DNA from: Bugula neritina
Lineage: Eukaryota; Animalia; Bryozoa
Length of the DNA stretch: 64,000 bases
Assembly: GCA_964035545.1 (NCBI GenBank)
Contig: OZ037769.1
Span: forward strand, 15,344,633 to 15,408,632
Direction: 5' to 3'
The notes below the pieces were generated by a model. That model was not told the origin of the DNA. It saw only the letters and a list, made by a program, of their open reading frames with translations, and did not search any database. Positions within the stretch are counted from its first letter, which is position 1; every line of letters starts with the position of its first letter. This document shows positions 59,501 through 64,000 of this stretch, piece after piece. Both the position numbers and the translations under genes were made by a program.

Positions 59501-62500
59501 GTGAGTGTTCGGGTTTTTGTTCCTATGTTTATACTTTTACCATATTATAATCTTTCAGTTCCGATATTCGTATTCCCCACTATCACATGTGTCAATTAAA
59601 AGTGTCACATGTGTCAATTAAAAGTGTCACATGTGTCAATTAAAAGTGTCACATGTGTTCTTTTGCCAAAGTGTCACTTTTGTCATGCTTGTCAAAATGT
59701 CACTTTTGTCATGCTTGTCAAAGTGTCACTTTTGTTATGTTTGTCAAATGTGTCATATTGATCAATGTGACACACATGTCAAGTATGTTAAGATGGCACA
59801 TGTGTCATGTTTGTTAAAGTGGCACATGTGACATGTATGTTAAGGTGACACATGTCAAGTATGTTAAGGTGACACATGGGATATATTTGTTAGAGTGGCA
59901 AATGTGACATGTCTGTTAAGGTGACATATGTGCCATTTGTGTTAAGGTGACATGTGTGACATGTATGTTAAGGTGCTACTGGTGGAGATGAAGAGACTTA
60001 CACTCTCTTTGGTGATCTGATGTACGGCATTATCGAGGGAAGACATGTTGGTTTCAAGAGAACCGACATACATAAGAGTGACATGGATTCCAGCAAGCTG
60101 ATTGGTGGAGACCTTGACCCCAACTATGTCCTCTCTAGCAGAGTGAGTTCTTATATAGAGATCATTGAAATGAAATGGCATTCTTTTTGTCTCAACTGAA
60201 TGAGAATCATGGAGTTATCTGTTCATTGTAAAACTTGCCGGCTTATAGATTAGGATGTAAAATAGTAAGATGAAAAAATTAATTTAACGTAACTGAATCG
60301 GTATTAGGTACAAGTTGATTCAACACAATAGATTTCGGTTATTGTGTAGATTTATCAGTACAAACGAGATCTTTGTTTGTAGGTTCGAACCGGAAGAAGT
60401 ATTCGAGGATATTCTCTTTCTCCATTCATCACTCGGGCCGAAAGACGAGATGTCCAGGATATCCTTCTTAAGGCTCTGAGCAATCTGGAAGGACCTTTGA
60501 AGGTGAGAAGATAACTCTAATCTACAAGCAAGTTTTACAGTTAGTTATTCTGCCATTATTTTACACATGCATAATTTTCCAGGGCAAATTTTACTCCCTG
60601 GAGACAATGACCCCAAAGGATCAGCAACAACTTATTGATGACCACTTCCTGTTTGAGAAACCAACTGATACTTTTATGACGGACACAGGTGAGTTAGGAA
60701 CTTTTAATTGTTCAAGCCACACCACTTAATGCTGGGTCAACAATTGTAAGCACGATTACAATTATCTTCAGGTATGGCACGTGACTGGCCAGACGCCAGA
60801 GGTATTTACCACAATGACGACAAGAACTTTCTGGTGTGGATCAATGAAGAGGATCATAGCAGAATCATTTCTATGCAGAAAGGAGGAAACATCAAACAGG
60901 TGAATGGGACAGTTGGAGCAATAAGAATTACTCTTTTGTAAATATTTTAAAGGTTTTTATAGTGAATTTCCATGTGCAAAAATTAGCTTTATGTTGTCTT
61001 TAGGTCTTTGAAAGATTCTGTGCTGGAATCAACCAAGTTGAGAAGCTGATGGCTGAGCAGGGAGGAAATGAGTTCATGTTCAACGAGCATATCGGATACG
61101 TCCTGACCTGTCCCTCCAACCTGGGTACTGGACTCAGAGGTGGAGTTCATGTTAAGATCCCTAAACTGTCTGAACATCCCAAGTGAGTGATTGTGGAATG
61201 ATTGACTCTTGAGTTAATTTAAGTAATATAGCGAAAGCACACCTCATTCCAGATCAACTACACAAATTCATTGTCATTCTCATCTTTTGAAAATGTTGTA
61301 AACCTCTACTGTCAGGTTTGATGAGATTTTGAAGAACTGTCGTCTGCAGAAGAGAGGAACTGGTGGTGAGACAACTACCAGCACAGATGGTACATTTGAT
61401 ATCTCCAACTGGGACAGAGTTGGTAAAACTGAAGTAGAACTTGTACAGCTTGTTATTGACGGTGTGGAACTTCTTATCAAGATGGAGAAGAGACTGGAAA
61501 AAGGTAAGAGAAGCCATATTAAAACGCTATGGTTCACTGAGTTGATCAAAGTGATTCTGAATTTTGTTAAGAATTTACTTGTTATATATTCTATATTTAT
61601 TATTACAGGGGAGAGCATTGATGACATTCTTCCAGGACCTGATGGCGCATGCCCTCGTCCAAAGGCTCCTGGAAAAGCGCTAGATATAGTATGTACAGAG
61701 TCATGTTCATTCTAATCACTATTATATCATCTGTTATATACACTTCGTTTGGAGAAAACAACTTCTACTGTTCCTTTGGTATATCTAAATTACAGGCTAC
61801 AATAGCAAACAATATCATAGATTGCTATTTTTGTTGAATCTTTACAATAAAGGTGTTTTAGTCTTATTAACGTAGTTGATCATTCTGTATTAATGGATGC
61901 TTTATACGGACAACTGTAGAAAGCAATCCATGATTACAAATGGCGAGCAACTCCAAAAGCTAGCAACTTCCCTAAGCTACACAAACACAACAACCTCTTG
62001 GCAAAAGTTCTAACAGAGGAACTTTACAATGACCTCAAAGGCAAGGAGACAAAAGGCGGAGTAACTCTAGATGACTGTATTCAGACAGGTGAGTGTAAAA
62101 CCCATCCCCTCTCCTTCTAACTTATGTATGCAACGTGTGCTTTAACTATATGATACGGTGTGTCATATTGAGTGAGAGTCAGTCAAGTTAAGTCACAATG
62201 AGTCAAACTAAGTCAAAGTAAACCATAGTCAGTCACATTAAGTCAAAGTAAGTCACAATGAGTCAAATTAAGTCAAAGTAAACCATAGTCAGTCAAAATA
62301 AGTCCTGGCAAAACACAGGGAATCAAACTGATGCAAACTGAATCATATTATTACACTTCTGTAGGACACAAAACAAATCTGGTAAACAAAATATGAATCT
62401 ATAATTTAAAAAATGTAGCCTCAAATCTAAATCTTTACTTTCAGGCGTAGACAATTTAGGAGAAGCTGGGGCAGAGCCAGTGGGAGTAACAGCCGGAGAT

Positions 62501-63946
62501 GAGGAGTGTTTCAGCATGCTGTCTGCACTCTTTGACCCCGTAATTGCTGCCGCTGGTGGCAAGGTAGGTTTTAGCAGCAGTTTAGCTGTTCAGAGGCATT
62601 TACCAGGCTTTAACATGTAAGATAATTGAACTGTGGGCATTGTAATGATTTATTATATTTGAGCTTTTTACCAGCTCTTACTTCCAACAATTCTGTCACT
62701 ATGTAACTCATACAAACTTGCTTCTATCAACTCATGGATCAATCTTGTTTCTGCTGCATTAGGCCGGCAGCCATGTCAGTAGCTTAGACGGCAGCAAACT
62801 AGGCAGCACCGACTTTGACAAAGATCTAGTGGGCGATTGTCAAATCAGCGCTGGAAGGAATATCCGAGGTTTCCGTCTCTCACCATCCATTGACCGCGCG
62901 GAGAGACGCAATGTTGAGAAGATTGTGTCTGATGCTGCTGCCACTCTGGACGGCTCTCTCAAGGTCAGCTGATCACATTGTGTCTGTCACAAATACGACT
63001 AGCAAAGTGGGCACAACTCCTCAGTGTGTAATACTTGAACCTTTTGTCATATTATAGTGGTGCATTATTTTGGACATTGGCTTGTCAGATGATCGTTTTA
63101 GCTGGAGTTTAATGTAATATAGAGTTTGTTGATATTTTAGTAGGTCACACTGAAACATCATATATGTAAATGTATAAAGACATGTATTTTTAATCAACCT
63201 GTAATACGTAATCTTAGTCAGGAAAGTCTATAAATAAAGTATTTTAAAGAGTTTAACCGAAAACCCTCTGCTTACAGGGCAAATACCAGTCTTTGAAGAA
63301 CATGGGTGATGCTGATAAGAATAGACCAATCATGTTCCAGAAAATCTCCTGCCCTCATTTGCTTTCTGCAGGTTAGTTGAGTGTTTGGAAGTAGCCTATG
63401 GGGCGTTATAAGAAAACTGCAATATGGCTTTTTAATGCCGAAGGTCTCATTTTTAAATTAGCGTAACTCTATTTTTAATAAAATTAATTCAACAACTCAT
63501 TTAAAAGAGCTTTTTTAGCTTTAACTTAGAATTATTGAGTTCTCTTATTATGAAAAATCAGCAACTGAATAAATTAGCAAGTGCAACTGTATGCTATCAA
63601 CTTTTATTACCTTCACATCATTATACACGTTTATATAATATTTTGGTTATTGCACAAAATTGTCCTTGCTTGGCTGACATTTTATTGTTATATACACAAT
63701 GTCATCCACAATGTTTTACACAATGCCCTACACAACGTCCTAAGCATGACTATAACATAATTGAACGCAAACCCCATCATTAGCTGATACAATGACTGCT
63801 CCATTGTTACTATTTCTCAAACAGAAGTACGCAGAGACTGGCCTGATGCACGAGGTGCCTTCACCAACGACAGCAGCGACTTCGCTGTCTGGGCTAATGA
63901 GGTGGACCATGCTCGAGTGGTTGCCAGGGGACAAAGTCTCTCAGCT
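53591..63946 (+). CDS. PK3: third two-domain phosphagen kinase paralogue, 3'-truncated by the window end
   Basis: Candidate first exons 53591-53604, 56754-56767 or 58000-58013. Then 59343-59500, 59973-60142, 60383-60502, 60583-60688, 60772-60899, 61004-61182, 61316-61503, 61609-61688, 61920-62088, 62445-62563, 62763-62963, 63278-63371, 63825-63946. Same intron positions and phases as PK1 and PK2. Confidence 0.9.
53697..53822 (-). mobile_element. Family A element, copy 7 (inverted, internally deleted)
   Basis: TGAGGTGGGTGCAGTGAAGAAAAAATAGAGAAAG...TTAGAAATGT...AAAGAACTTGGGCTA...CCTAAATG. Confidence 0.6.
59583..59975. repeat. Degenerate, partly inverted repeat (TGTCACATGTGTCA / TATGTTAAGGTGACA) running into a PK3 splice acceptor
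   Basis: Directly visible; the last TATGTTAAG|GT unit is the acceptor required by the frame and exon size (59972). Confidence 0.8.
62176..62305. repeat. Degenerate ~10-bp-period repeat (AGTCAAAGTA-like)
   Basis: Directly visible. Confidence 0.75.
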
Positions 63947-64000
63947 GTAAGTTTCCGGTATAATCCTCTTATAGTTATCAGCCTCGTTCAGACTTAATCA

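Noticed and set aside
19306-63946. One giant multi-domain gene, or a classic three-domain flagellar creatine kinase
   Set aside because: PK1 and PK2 each end in a stop codon followed by AATAAA, the next paralogue has its own candidate ATG exon, and each gene has two domains.

Overview
AT-rich, intron-rich animal (probably invertebrate) genomic DNA; not prokaryotic. Manual splicing gives five genes. (1) The 5' part of an LHFPL/TMHS-family tetraspan gene (- strand, 2539-1978, continuing off the left edge). (2) A complete 12-exon SETD6-like lysine methyltransferase (- strand, 14171-7160, ~513 aa). (3-5) Three tandem + strand paralogues (my labels PK1 19306-29784, PK2 36622-51183, PK3 53591-window end) of a two-domain phosphagen (ATP:guanido) kinase of the creatine-kinase branch. 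Domain 1 (D1) has all catalytic motifs but a mixed substrate-specificity signature. Domain 2 (D2) has lost catalytic residues (ATP-binding arginines in all three; reactive Cys and flexible loop in PK1 and PK2, where those exons are visible) yet keeps dimer-interface residues, so it looks like a fused pseudokinase. The paralogues differ in tiny terminal exons. PK1 starts MGCGGS (myristoyl/palmitoyl motif) and needs a 10-nt microexon. PK2 ends in a 10-nt coding exon that creates a C-terminal SKL (canonical peroxisomal PTS1). PK3 has three candidate 14-nt alternative first coding exons. Parts of D1 appear homogenised between paralogues by gene conversion. Introns hold PIF/Harbinger-like MITEs, a ~165-bp element always found next to exons, tRNA-like SINE heads and many tandem repeats seeded at splice sites. 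All gene models come from reading frame, splice consensus and paralogue comparison; none has transcript evidence.
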